Source: Candidatus Multivorans sp. (lineage in GTDB: Bacteria > Acidobacteriota > Thermoanaerobaculia > Multivoradales > Multivoraceae). Taken from it: a DNA stretch of 64,000 nucleotides. This document shows, piece by piece, positions 1-8,951 of this stretch. Location of the stretch: contig OZ245033.1 in the NCBI GenBank assembly GCA_965224025.1, positions 3,936,001 through 4,000,000 on the forward strand, given 5' to 3'. Each line of letters begins with the position of its first letter. The first letter of the stretch is position 1. The notes beneath the pieces were generated by a model. The model had not been told where the DNA came from and did not search any database. It saw nothing but the letters and a program-made list of their open reading frames with translations. Both the position numbers and the translations under genes were made by a program.

Positions 1-325
1 CGGCTGCCAAGGCCCAGCCGACGAGCGGCGTCGCGGTCTCGATGTTCGCCGCCGCCACGACAATGCCGGCGGTGACCGCGGCCGGCATCGCCGCTACGTC
101 GAGGATGTTGTCGAGCCAGGGGATGTAGTAGGCGCCGACTTCACAGACCGCCGCGACGCCGAGGGCAAGCAGGGCCGGAGTCCCCGCCATCCATTCGAAT
201 CCCTCGGACAGATCGAGCGCGCCGGCCCGCGCCGCCACGCCCATGGCCAGGACGGGCAGAAAGACCCGGAAGCCGCATGCCGCGGCCAGACCGACTCCGA
301 GACCGACACTGAGCAATATCTCCAC
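1..325 (-). CDS. DUF4126-family membrane protein (partial; runs off the window start)
   Basis: Not in the ORF track; read manually. GTG at 325 follows an AGGAG RBS and gives MEILLSVGLGVGLAAACGFRVFLPVL...EVGAYYIPWLDNILD, which matches the family pattern. Confidence 0.75.
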   Translation of the reverse strand, partial: MEILLSVGLGVGLAAACGFRVFLPVLAMGVAARAGALDLSEGFEWMAGTPALLALGVAAVCEVGAYYIPWLDNILDVAAMPAAVTAGIVVAAANIETATPLVGWALAA

Positions 326-360
326 TTGCTATCTCTCCTTTCCCTGCCGCCTGTTCCAGA

Positions 361-2070
361 CTACGTCGCTCGCCGACGCCGGGTTTCGAGGAGCCATCGC
401 CAGAGTGCCTGCCACTCTGCCACCTTGAGCACATGAGCGGCCATCAGGTACGTGGCGGCGAAGCCGGCGACGGGCACTGCGCCCGCGATCCACGGCGGCC
501 CTGGAACCAGGCTCTGCGTCGCGAGCCAGGGAGCCACGCACACCGCCGCCAGCGGCAGATGACGGCGCCACGCCCGCCACGGCGCCCTCACCGGAACCTC
601 CCGCTCACGCAGCCGGCGAAGCAGCAGCGCCAACTCGAACCAGCTACCGAACGCCGACGCCAGAGCCAACCCGACGGCGCCAAGCCGCAACGTCTGCCCG
701 GCTTCCGCAACAGCGGCGCCCAGCCAGCCGGGGAGCGCCACGCCGGCCAACGGGATCCGGTCGAGCCACGTCATCAGCACGGCGCCGAGCCCGGCCGCGA
801 CGATCAGCCGCATGGCCACGATCCGGGCGGGGCTACGAGTATCCCCGAACGAGAAGAACACGCTTTGGAGCAGCCGCGAGGCACTGGACGCAAGCAGGCC
901 CAGGGAATAGGCGGCCAGTACCAGGAACACGAGCAGGTTGTCCGCCATGCCGAACTCGCCGCGGCGATAGACGGCGCCGACGATTCCTGCGCCCAGCGCA
1001 AGGTAGCCCACTGCAGTGGGAACAATCAAGAAGGACATCGCCGCGAGAGAACCTTGCGCGCGCGTCGCGGCCCTTCTTGACCGCTCCTCCCCATCGCCCC
1101 GGAGCCGCGCCAGTTCCGGCAATTCCGCAGCGGCCACGGACACGCCGAAGAGGCCGATCGGAAGAAGGTACAGCCGCTGACCCATAGCCAGGGCGCCCAA
1201 TGCCCCCTGGGCGAGGAACGAAGCCAGGAAGAGATCGACGTACCCGCCCAACTGGCCCGCGCCACGCCCCGCGATCGCCGGCGCCAGACTACGCAGGGTC
1301 TTGCGCACACCCGGCGCCCGCAAGTTGAACGATGGACGCAGTCCAACCGTGATCCGCAGCACCGAAGGCAACTGCACCGCGAACTGGAGCAGCCCGCCGA
1401 GGAGGCCGCCCCAGCAGACTGCTAGCGCCAGCGCCTCGACCCGCTCGGCTTCGCCCTCGAAAGCCCGCGCGGCGACAAACCAGACGACACCGATCACGCT
1501 GGCGTTCCAGAAACACGGCGCAACGTACGGAAGCAGGAAGCGGCGGTGGCTGTTCAGGATTCCAAGACACCAGGCTGACAGCGTGATCGACGCCACCATC
1601 GGAAAACAGATGCGCACCGCCGTCGTGGTCAGATCCAGGCGGTCGACGACTGCGCCTCCGGCCGCCACCAACTCGGCGTCGGCGGAGAACCCGGGGAACA
1701 GCAACCTCACGAGCCAGGGCGCCAGGATGACGCCGAGCAGACTGAGCGCTCCCATCACGGCGAACAGCAGGCCGAACATCGCCCCGGCCAGGGCGCCGGC
1801 CTCCGGCCGCTTCCCCTCGGCGACCATTCGGCTGTAAACCGGAATGAAGGAGGCCGACAGCGCCTGGTCCCCAAGCAGGTTCTGCAGCACGTTGGGCGCC
1901 CGGAAAGCCGCCGACACGACATCCGTCAGGGCGCTGACACCTGCGAGACTCGCGACCACGGCCTCCCGAACCAGGCCGAGAACGCGGCTCGCCGACATGC
2001 CGGCCGCAACCCTGGCCGCGCCGCCCGAAGGGCGCGGGCTACCTCTGCCGACGGATCCCGCCTGCGTCAA
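361..2070 (-). CDS. murJ: Lipid II flippase MurJ
   Basis: SRVLGLVRE, AFRAPN...LSASFIPVY and LYLLPIGLFGVSV motifs; many TM segments; start overlaps the upstream stop. Confidence 0.93.
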   Translation of the reverse strand: MTQAGSVGRGSPRPSGGAARVAAGMSASRVLGLVREAVVASLAGVSALTDVVSAAFRAPNVLQNLLGDQALSASFIPVYSRMVAEGKRPEAGALAGAMFGLLFAVMGALSLLGVILAPWLVRLLFPGFSADAELVAAGGAVVDRLDLTTTAVRICFPMVASITLSAWCLGILNSHRRFLLPYVAPCFWNASVIGVVWFVAARAFEGEAERVEALALAVCWGGLLGGLLQFAVQLPSVLRITVGLRPSFNLRAPGVRKTLRSLAPAIAGRGAGQLGGYVDLFLASFLAQGALGALAMGQRLYLLPIGLFGVSVAAAELPELARLRGDGEERSRRAATRAQGSLAAMSFLIVPTAVGYLALGAGIVGAVYRRGEFGMADNLLVFLVLAAYSLGLLASSASRLLQSVFFSFGDTRSPARIVAMRLIVAAGLGAVLMTWLDRIPLAGVALPGWLGAAVAEAGQTLRLGAVGLALASAFGSWFELALLLRRLREREVPVRAPWRAWRRHLPLAAVCVAPWLATQSLVPGPPWIAGAVPVAGFAATYLMAAHVLKVAEWQALWRWLLETRRRRAT

Positions 2071-3551
2071 TCCGACAGGTTGACGACGACCCGGTCGCCC
2101 CGCCGCTCGACCGTCGCCGCGATGTCGGAAGCGGTGAGATCGAGCACGACGTGCAGGTTGCGAGTCGCTCCCCGGCCATGAACGCCGGTGCGTACTCCGC
2201 GCAGTCTGGGTCCGTTGACCGCGCTCGCGTCGTAGGCCTGGCGCACGCCGATCAGCCGTAAGACCAACCGCGGCGGCGCTTGGAGCGGAATGATGTGGTG
2301 TCGCTGGAAGGGTGCGTTGCCGATGATCTCGATCACCGTCCGGTCACCCGCCGGCGACGCGGTGATCGAACGCAGAGCGGTCGCATTGGCAGGCGCCGCC
2401 GCCGGAGCGGTTGACGGTCGGGGCGACGGCGGCGGTACGGCAGCAGGCTCATCGGCGGGCGCCGTCCTCGTCTCGACCGCGGCAGCAGGAGGCGCCGGCG
2501 TGGACCGCTCGGCCGCGACAGACTCGGCAGCTTCGGTCGCCGCAACCCCGGTCGGTTCGGCCGCCCCGTCGTCGGCAGCCGATTCCGCGTCTTCCGCCTG
2601 TTCCTCCAGGGGTACGAACAGCCGGCTCGTCGTGGACGACTCCTCGGCGCCCTCCGGCGGGACGTCAGCTCCCGCGCGAGTCGTCGAAATCTCGAAGCTC
2701 GGAGCGTCGGCCGGCGCACCCTCTTCGGTGGGAGCGCCACCGACTCCGACCAGCCGCAGCAGTGGTCCGCGCAAGACAATCAGGGCGACCACCAGGACCA
2801 CGGCCCCGGCGACCGCGGGCCACAGCCAGGGGCGAGACCTCGACTCCGGTTTCATCCAGTCGTCGTCGCCGTCTTTCTCCAGTTCACCGAACAGATCCAC
2901 GTGCGTGGCCTCGGTCTCGTCGGCGCCGGCCGGGCCTTCCACTGCCGGGGGCGGATCGATGGACGCCAAATCGTCAGCAGGCGGTTCCGGCGGCGATTCG
3001 GCGGGCGCCTCCGGCGGGGCCGCTTCCGCCTCGACGATCTCCACAGGTTCGACCGCGTCAGCCGCTTCCACCTCGACCTCAGTCTCGGCCGCTTCCGTCG
3101 CCGCTTCGTCTTCGGCGTCCTGGGCCTCGACGTCCTCGACTTCGGCCTCCTCGACTTCGGGTACGGGCGCCGGCGAAATCACATCGCCCTCCGCCCGCCG
3201 CTCCGAGAACAGCAGCGCCAGACGCTCATCTCCCCCTGGTTCGACGCGGCTGAACTGCATCCCCATCCCGGCCGGTTGATCGGCGCCGCCGGCCTCGGCG
3301 CGTACCCAAACCACGGTCGCCTCGCCCTCGACGTCGGCGGGCTCATCGTCCGACCCGAGCTGCAGCACGAAGTGCACCGCGGCGCCGACCGGCATCGGCG
3401 CCGGCGTCGACACGAACATGCCGCCGGTCGCGATGTCGCGCGTCACGGCGGAGAGTTCGCCGTCCTCACCGGGCCCCGAGAGACGAACGGCGACCTCACG
3501 CAACAGGCGGCGCGACTCGCGAAAGCGGAAACTCTGGCTGGCCGGGGACAT
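2067..3551 (-). CDS. Membrane protein: N-terminal PilZ (TIGR02266-like) domain, acidic/Pro-rich linkers, one TM helix, C-terminal AMIN domain
   Basis: RESRR...DIATGGMFV...GEATVVW...GMGMQF (PilZ); TM WLWPAVAGAVVLVVALIVL; PPRLVLRL...VRTG...LHVVLDL (AMIN). ATG at 3551 preferred over 3575. Confidence 0.75.
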   Translation of the reverse strand: MSPASQSFRFRESRRLLREVAVRLSGPGEDGELSAVTRDIATGGMFVSTPAPMPVGAAVHFVLQLGSDDEPADVEGEATVVWVRAEAGGADQPAGMGMQFSRVEPGGDERLALLFSERRAEGDVISPAPVPEVEEAEVEDVEAQDAEDEAATEAAETEVEVEAADAVEPVEIVEAEAAPPEAPAESPPEPPADDLASIDPPPAVEGPAGADETEATHVDLFGELEKDGDDDWMKPESRSRPWLWPAVAGAVVLVVALIVLRGPLLRLVGVGGAPTEEGAPADAPSFEISTTRAGADVPPEGAEESSTTSRLFVPLEEQAEDAESAADDGAAEPTGVAATEAAESVAAERSTPAPPAAAVETRTAPADEPAAVPPPSPRPSTAPAAAPANATALRSITASPAGDRTVIEIIGNAPFQRHHIIPLQAPPRLVLRLIGVRQAYDASAVNGPRLRGVRTGVHGRGATRNLHVVLDLTASDIAATVERRGDRVVVNLSD

Positions 3552-3596
3552 GGCGCAAGGACCCTCACGGGGCAATGAGACGCCGATACTACCCGC

Positions 3597-4949
3597 TCAG
3601 GAAGTTGAAGCCCCCTTGCGCGCCACGAGCAGGGCCATCTCGAGGGCCTGCTCGTAGTTCAGCCTTGGGTCGACCTGCGACCGGTAGGCCCGCCGCAGAC
3701 CCCGCTCGTCGAGACCCCGCGCGCCGCCGACGCACTCCGTCACGTCCTCACCGGTGAGCTCGAAGTGCACGCCGCCAAGGATCGTGCCGTTCGCGGCATG
3801 GAGGTCGAAGGCCTGCTCCAGCTCCGACAGGATGGCGCTGAAGGCCCTGGTCTTCATCCCCTCCCGCGTGCCCTTCGTGTTGCCGTGCATCGGATCGCAG
3901 ATCCAGAGCACCGGCTTGCCGGTAGCGCAAACGGCCCGCAGGATCGGAGGCAACTCCCCGGCTATCTTCTCCGCGCCGCATCGGTGGATGAGAGCCAGCC
4001 GGCCCTCCTCGGCATCGGGGTTCAGCACGTCGACCAGATGGGCGACGTCGGCCGGGCCTATTCCCGTTCCCACCTTGACGCCGAGGGGGTTGCGAATTCC
4101 CCGCGCGTACTCGATATGGGCCGAGCCCAGGAAGGCCGTGCGCAGGCCGATCCAGGGCAGGTGGGTCGAGAGGTTGTACCAGCCCTCCCGCCGCGGAACG
4201 GTCCGGGTCTGCGCCTGCTCGTAGACCAGGTGCAGCGCTTCGTGGCTGGTGTAGAAGTCGACACGATCGATGTGCCCCACATCGACGCCGGCAAGCGTCT
4301 CCATGAACTTGAGCGAATCGGCGATGGACTCGACCCGGCGCTGGTACTCGGCGGCGTTCTGGGAGTGGTCGACGAAGTCCAGATTCCAGTACTCGGGATG
4401 GTGGAGATCGGCGAAACCGCCGTCGATCAGTCCGCGGATGAAGTTCAGGGTCAGAGCGGATCGCTGGTAGCCGCGAAGGAGGTTCAACGGGTCGGGCGCC
4501 CTCGCCTCGGCGGTGAAGTCGAGCGAGTTCACCAGGTCACCACGGTAGGAGGGCAGGGTCTCGCCGTTCCGCGTCTCCGTGTCGGCCGAGCGCGGCTTGG
4601 CGTACTGACCGGCAAACCGGCCTATGCGCGTTACCCGCTTCTTCAAACTGTGAGTCAGCACCAGGCTCATCTGGAGAAGAATCTTCAGCTTCGAGGTGAT
4701 CGAGTCCGACGTGCACTCGGCGAAGCTCTCGGCGCAGTCGCCGCCCTGCAGGACGAAGCGCTCGCCGCGCGCCGCGGAGGCCAACTGCCCCCTCAGGGTC
4801 TCGACTTCCCAGGAAGTCACCAGCGGCGGCAGCGCCGCGAGTCGGTCAGCGACCGCCTGAACCGCCTCCGGATCGCCGTATGTCGGCTGCTGGCGCACGT
4901 CGGCACTCCGCCAGGAAGTCGGGCTCCAGTTGTCCATCGGGTCTCTCAC
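3597..4949 (-). CDS. Class II DAHP synthase (3-deoxy-7-phosphoheptulonate synthase)
   Basis: LQGGDCAESF, GRFAGQYAKPRS, TSHEAL, WICDPMHGNT and VDPRLN motifs. Confidence 0.95.
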   Translation of the reverse strand: MRDPMDNWSPTSWRSADVRQQPTYGDPEAVQAVADRLAALPPLVTSWEVETLRGQLASAARGERFVLQGGDCAESFAECTSDSITSKLKILLQMSLVLTHSLKKRVTRIGRFAGQYAKPRSADTETRNGETLPSYRGDLVNSLDFTAEARAPDPLNLLRGYQRSALTLNFIRGLIDGGFADLHHPEYWNLDFVDHSQNAAEYQRRVESIADSLKFMETLAGVDVGHIDRVDFYTSHEALHLVYEQAQTRTVPRREGWYNLSTHLPWIGLRTAFLGSAHIEYARGIRNPLGVKVGTGIGPADVAHLVDVLNPDAEEGRLALIHRCGAEKIAGELPPILRAVCATGKPVLWICDPMHGNTKGTREGMKTRAFSAILSELEQAFDLHAANGTILGGVHFELTGEDVTECVGGARGLDERGLRRAYRSQVDPRLNYEQALEMALLVARKGASTS

Positions 4950-5066
4950 CGGTTGAGGGCCGCCGGTTCAAGCCGGTCGGCAGGCTGCCGCCAAAGGGCG
5001 ACGGATTCTACTCCAGGCCCCACTCTCACAGGCGGTTGACGTCGCCCGCGGGGGCGCTGTCCTCCA

Positions 5067-5816
5067 TCACTCGTCCTCGATCTGGAGGTAGCGCCGCAGC
5101 CAGCGGGTACCGAGATAGAACGGCAATGTATCCACGGCCGCCGCCGCGAACTTGAACACGTAGGCCGTACCGATGAACACCCACAACTGCGGCCAGATCG
5201 GCTCACCACCCGCAACCGGGATGGCGCCGGCAACGAAGTGGGTGATCACGATGACGGAGAACGAGTCGACGAACTGGCTGACCACCGTCGAACCGTTGTT
5301 GCGCAGCCACAGATGCCGGCCCTTCGTGAATCGCTTCCAGAAGTGAAACACGTAGACGTCGCACAACTGAGCGCTCAGGTAGGCGATCATCGACGCGGCG
5401 ATCACCCCCAGAGTCATCGTCCGGATCTCGAAGAAGATCGGCAGCCGTCCGTCGGGCCCCGGAACCGGAGAGTCGAAACCCGGCAGAGCGCCGCCCAGCC
5501 AAAGCACGACGGCGAGCCAGATGTTGACGAGAAAGCCGACCCAGACCAGGAAGTTGGCGCGCTTCCGTCCGTAGATCTCGGAGATGAAGTCGGTACAGAG
5601 GAAGGTCAACGGATAGGGCAACACGCCGATCGCCAGGGGCATCGGAATGCGCAGGCCGAAGACGGTGAAGCTCAAGTCCAGGAAACGTGTCACACCCAGG
5701 ATGTTGAGCATCGTCATCGAGCCCAGGAAGAGGCCCGCGAGGATCAGGAACACCCGTTCGCGGCGCGCGTGCAGCGCACTCGCCTCGATCGGATGGAGAG
5801 AAGGGGCTTCGCTCAT
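5067..5816 (-). CDS. Queuosine precursor transporter (YhhQ/VUT family)
   Basis: GVLPYPLTFLCTDFISEIYGRKRA and LWLRNNGSTVVSQFVDS; start set at ATG 5816. Confidence 0.88.
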   Translation of the reverse strand: MSEAPSLHPIEASALHARRERVFLILAGLFLGSMTMLNILGVTRFLDLSFTVFGLRIPMPLAIGVLPYPLTFLCTDFISEIYGRKRANFLVWVGFLVNIWLAVVLWLGGALPGFDSPVPGPDGRLPIFFEIRTMTLGVIAASMIAYLSAQLCDVYVFHFWKRFTKGRHLWLRNNGSTVVSQFVDSFSVIVITHFVAGAIPVAGGEPIWPQLWVFIGTAYVFKFAAAAVDTLPFYLGTRWLRRYLQIEDE

Positions 5817-5827
5817 CCGGACACTTC

Positions 5828-6277
5828 CTATCCTGGGCTCCTCGCCCGCCGCCTGGCGGCGATGAAGTCCGCGTGCGGGACGTGAAGGAGCCGGGCGATC
5901 TTGAGGATCAGGAACTCCTCCTGGACCTCCAGTACCTGATCGGCAAAGGCCACGCGCCACAGTTCCTCGAGTAACCGGACCTTCCGCTCCGCGTCGAAAG
6001 ACTCGTGGATGAGGCGGGTGAACTCGTAGAGGCAGACCGCACCTTCGGTCTCCTCCTCCGCCAGCGCCACGAGTTCCGCCGTTTCCCCTTCAGTGAGACC
6101 CAGTTGGCGCCGGACCGCGGCGAGCACTTCCGCCTTCTCCGCTTCGGCAGCGTCGAAGTCGGCGCGCATCACTTCCACCATCAGCGCCGCCGCCGCCAAC
6201 CGCAAGCGGCCCTCCGGGTCGCCGGCCCGCTCCGGGTCGATCCGTTCGCCGAAGAAGCTGCGGATGCGGTCAAGCAC
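5828..6277 (-). CDS. TerB-family protein
   Basis: AAAALMVEVMRAD...LYEFTRLI...LWRVAFAD...EEFLILKIARLL pattern. Confidence 0.82.
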   Translation of the reverse strand: MLDRIRSFFGERIDPERAGDPEGRLRLAAAALMVEVMRADFDAAEAEKAEVLAAVRRQLGLTEGETAELVALAEEETEGAVCLYEFTRLIHESFDAERKVRLLEELWRVAFADQVLEVQEEFLILKIARLLHVPHADFIAARRRARSPG

Positions 6278-6292
6278 GTTCGAGGGACCGGG

Positions 6293-7303
6293 TCAGGCGT
6301 CTTCCCGGCCCAGCCGCCGCCATGCCGCCTGGCGGCGGAGTTCCTTGGCCCGGACCGCCACGCCGACGCCCGTGGTGGCGCGCCGCCAAGCCGCCGCGGC
6401 CTCTTCGTCCACCAGTTCCCAGTGCGCGGCATGCGCCTCACGTACACCCGCGGTGGCGCGGCCAAGCGCCGCCACCCCCAGGTGGGCGGCAGGTTCACCC
6501 AACGGACCGAAGGCCAGAGCTTCCGCGGTCGCCAGCAGCAACAGGAGGTCCTCCACGGCCGCCGCCGGCCAGCCCGACCTGCGGGCCAGCGCCAGGTTGT
6601 AGGCCGTCATCGCGGCGCCGATGTAGAGATCCTCGATGGTCCGGAAGGGCTTGACGGCATCCGCGTAGCCGTCGCCTCCCAGCAGCTCCGCAGCCGCCAC
6701 CGGTACGTCTTTCAGATCGATCACGGCATGACGCACCTCGGGGTTGGCCGCCACCAGCCCGCCCAGGGCCGCATCCATCGGAGCGATCCCGATGCCCCAC
6801 CGGTCGCTCGGCACGCACAGCGCCCGCAGACGGTTGCGGTCGCCCTCGCGGCCCACGGAGGCGATGAGCAGGAGCGCCGCCGCGGACGGCGCCAGGGTCG
6901 CCCACCGCTTCTGGCCGTTGAGGACGAAGTCGCCATCCGGCATCGCATCGACGGACGATTGGATCGCACGCGGATGCGCCCCGCCCTCCTCGCTGGCGCA
7001 GAAGGCGACAATGCCGCCCTCGGGCATCAGATGCAGCCCACCGCACTCCCAGGCCAAGCGGCGGATTGCGCCCTGATGTCCCGACACCATGGCCCAGGCG
7101 GGCCGATCGGCCATGAAGCCGCCGAGCAGACCATGAGCGAAATGAACCCTGCCGGCGTCGGCCTCTCTGTCTCGCTCCTTGCCCTTCCAGGAGGCAAGGA
7201 CACCATCGCTGAAACCCCGATACCAGCCGGCCGGCTCGTCATCCGCGACAAGCGGTTCCGGCTTTGCCGACAACAGGTAGCTCAGGACCGGATCGAGGGT
7301 CAC
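6293..7303 (-). CDS. Acyl-CoA dehydrogenase-like protein (short, divergent type)
   Basis: AFCASEEGGAHPRAI, LNGQKRWAT and VKPFRTIED; probable GTG start at 7303 (the ORF is open to 7444). Confidence 0.75.
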   Translation of the reverse strand: MTLDPVLSYLLSAKPEPLVADDEPAGWYRGFSDGVLASWKGKERDREADAGRVHFAHGLLGGFMADRPAWAMVSGHQGAIRRLAWECGGLHLMPEGGIVAFCASEEGGAHPRAIQSSVDAMPDGDFVLNGQKRWATLAPSAAALLLIASVGREGDRNRLRALCVPSDRWGIGIAPMDAALGGLVAANPEVRHAVIDLKDVPVAAAELLGGDGYADAVKPFRTIEDLYIGAAMTAYNLALARRSGWPAAAVEDLLLLLATAEALAFGPLGEPAAHLGVAALGRATAGVREAHAAHWELVDEEAAAAWRRATTGVGVAVRAKELRRQAAWRRLGREDA

Positions 7304-7437
7304 AAAGCGCTCCCCGAAGCCGCTCCCGCCGCCGGCCAGACTCGAATAGGCTCGACCGCCCCAGGATGGCATTGGCTCGATCCGCCGTCGCCTGCGGCCC
7401 TCCCCATGAAGTTCATCGCCGAAGGATGATAGAGGAA

Positions 7438-7915
7438 ATGGCACCCTCCGCCGCCGGTGTCGCTCCCGGACCCGAAACGCCCGGTTTCCGGCGCGTGCCC
7501 AGGACCGGTGTCATCTACGTGATGCACCGCGCCGCGGCCGCCGGCCACGGCCGCGACGGGCGGACCTGGTACAACCTCGGCCAGGGTTCGCCCGAGGTCG
7601 GGCCCCTCGTCGGGCGAACCGCATCCCGTGCGGGGCTTCGTCAGGAAGACGGTTACGGACCGCGGCTACCGCGTCGAGCATCTCTGGCAGAGCCCGCAGA
7701 TTGAACACCTGAAGGAGCGCCACGTGTCCGACTGGAGGCCCGGACGACCGATCAGCCTTGCCGTGAGCCCGAACGGACGACACGCCGTCGCCCTGGAGGA
7801 TGTTCGGGAGGAGAAGGACGGCAAGGTGGAGTCGCGCCAGGTGCTCCGACGCTTCGAGCTCGCCCCCGAACCGCCGCCGCCGCCCCGGCCCACCCGACGC
7901 GAAGAGGAACCCTGA
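7438..7915 (+). pseudogene. Chimeric remnant: 5' end of a PLP-dependent aminotransferase joined out of frame to the 3' end of an unrelated gene
   Basis: GFRRVPRTGVIYVMHRA...WYNLGQGSPEVGPL ends at about 7610. A second frame (7628-7915, HLWQSPQIEHL...VLRRFEL) lacks a credible start. Confidence 0.55.
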
Positions 7916-7934
7916 CGAGCGCCTGCGGGGCCGC

Positions 7935-8951
7935 TCAGGCAAAGCCGACCAGGCGCCGGATCTCCGCCGCCTTCGGTTCGGCCACCGCCCGCGCGCGTTC
8001 CGCGCCGATGGCGAGCAACCGATCCAACTCGTCGGGGGCCGCCATCAGTTCCTCGTACCGTTGCCGGATCGGCGCCACGACCTCGATCACGGCCTCCGCG
8101 ACTCCCATCTTCAGATCGCCGTAGCCGCGAGCGTCGGCGAAGTCGGCCAGGACTTCATCGCGACTGCGGCCCGTGATCGCCTGGTAGATCACCAAGAGGT
8201 TGTTCACCCCGGCGCGCGCCGGATCGTCGCTGAACTCGATCTCGCGCCCGGAGTCGGTGACCGCCCGCTTGAGCGACCGGCGGATCTCCGCGTCCGAATC
8301 CGTCAGCCGCACCGCGTGGCCGCGGCCCGCCGTTTCGCTCTTCGACATCTTCACCGTCGGATCATCCAGGGCCATCACGCGAGCTCCGGCGGTCGGAATC
8401 ACCGCCTCGGGCAAGACGAACGTATCGCCGTAGAGATGGTTGAAGCGGCCCGCGATGTCCCGCGCCAGTTCCACGTGCTGCTTCTGGTCCTCTCCGACCG
8501 GCACCTCGTCCGCGTCGTACAGCAGAATGTCGGCGGCCTGGAGTATCGGGTAGGTGAACAGCCCGACGCCGATGCGCTCCCTGCCGCCCTGGCGCTCCGA
8601 CTTCGACTTGAACTGGGTCATCCGTTCGAGCCAGCCGATCGGCGTCGCACAGCCCAGAACCCAGGCCGCCTCGGCGTGGGCGCGAACGTGGCTCTGAACG
8701 AACAGGGTCGTGCGCTCGGGATCGATACCGCAGGCGAAGAGCATGGCCGTCAACTCGCGCGTGCCGACGCGCAGGATCTCCGCGTCCTGGCGCACCGTGA
8801 TCGCGTGCAGATCGACGACGCAGATGAAGTTCTCGCGGTCGTCCTGGCGTGCCGTCCAGTGCTTCACCGCGCCCAGGTAGTTCCCCAGGTGCAACACGCC
8901 GGACGGCTGGATGCCGGAGAAGACCCGGCGTTTGCCGGTCTGCGCGCTCAC
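7935..8951 (-). CDS. trpS: Tryptophanyl-tRNA synthetase
   Basis: FSGIQPSG-LHLGNYLGA, YPILQAADIL, VPVGEDQKQH and KMSKS; GTG at 8951 overlaps the upstream TGA. Confidence 0.97.
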   Translation of the reverse strand: MSAQTGKRRVFSGIQPSGVLHLGNYLGAVKHWTARQDDRENFICVVDLHAITVRQDAEILRVGTRELTAMLFACGIDPERTTLFVQSHVRAHAEAAWVLGCATPIGWLERMTQFKSKSERQGGRERIGVGLFTYPILQAADILLYDADEVPVGEDQKQHVELARDIAGRFNHLYGDTFVLPEAVIPTAGARVMALDDPTVKMSKSETAGRGHAVRLTDSDAEIRRSLKRAVTDSGREIEFSDDPARAGVNNLLVIYQAITGRSRDEVLADFADARGYGDLKMGVAEAVIEVVAPIRQRYEELMAAPDELDRLLAIGAERARAVAEPKAAEIRRLVGFA

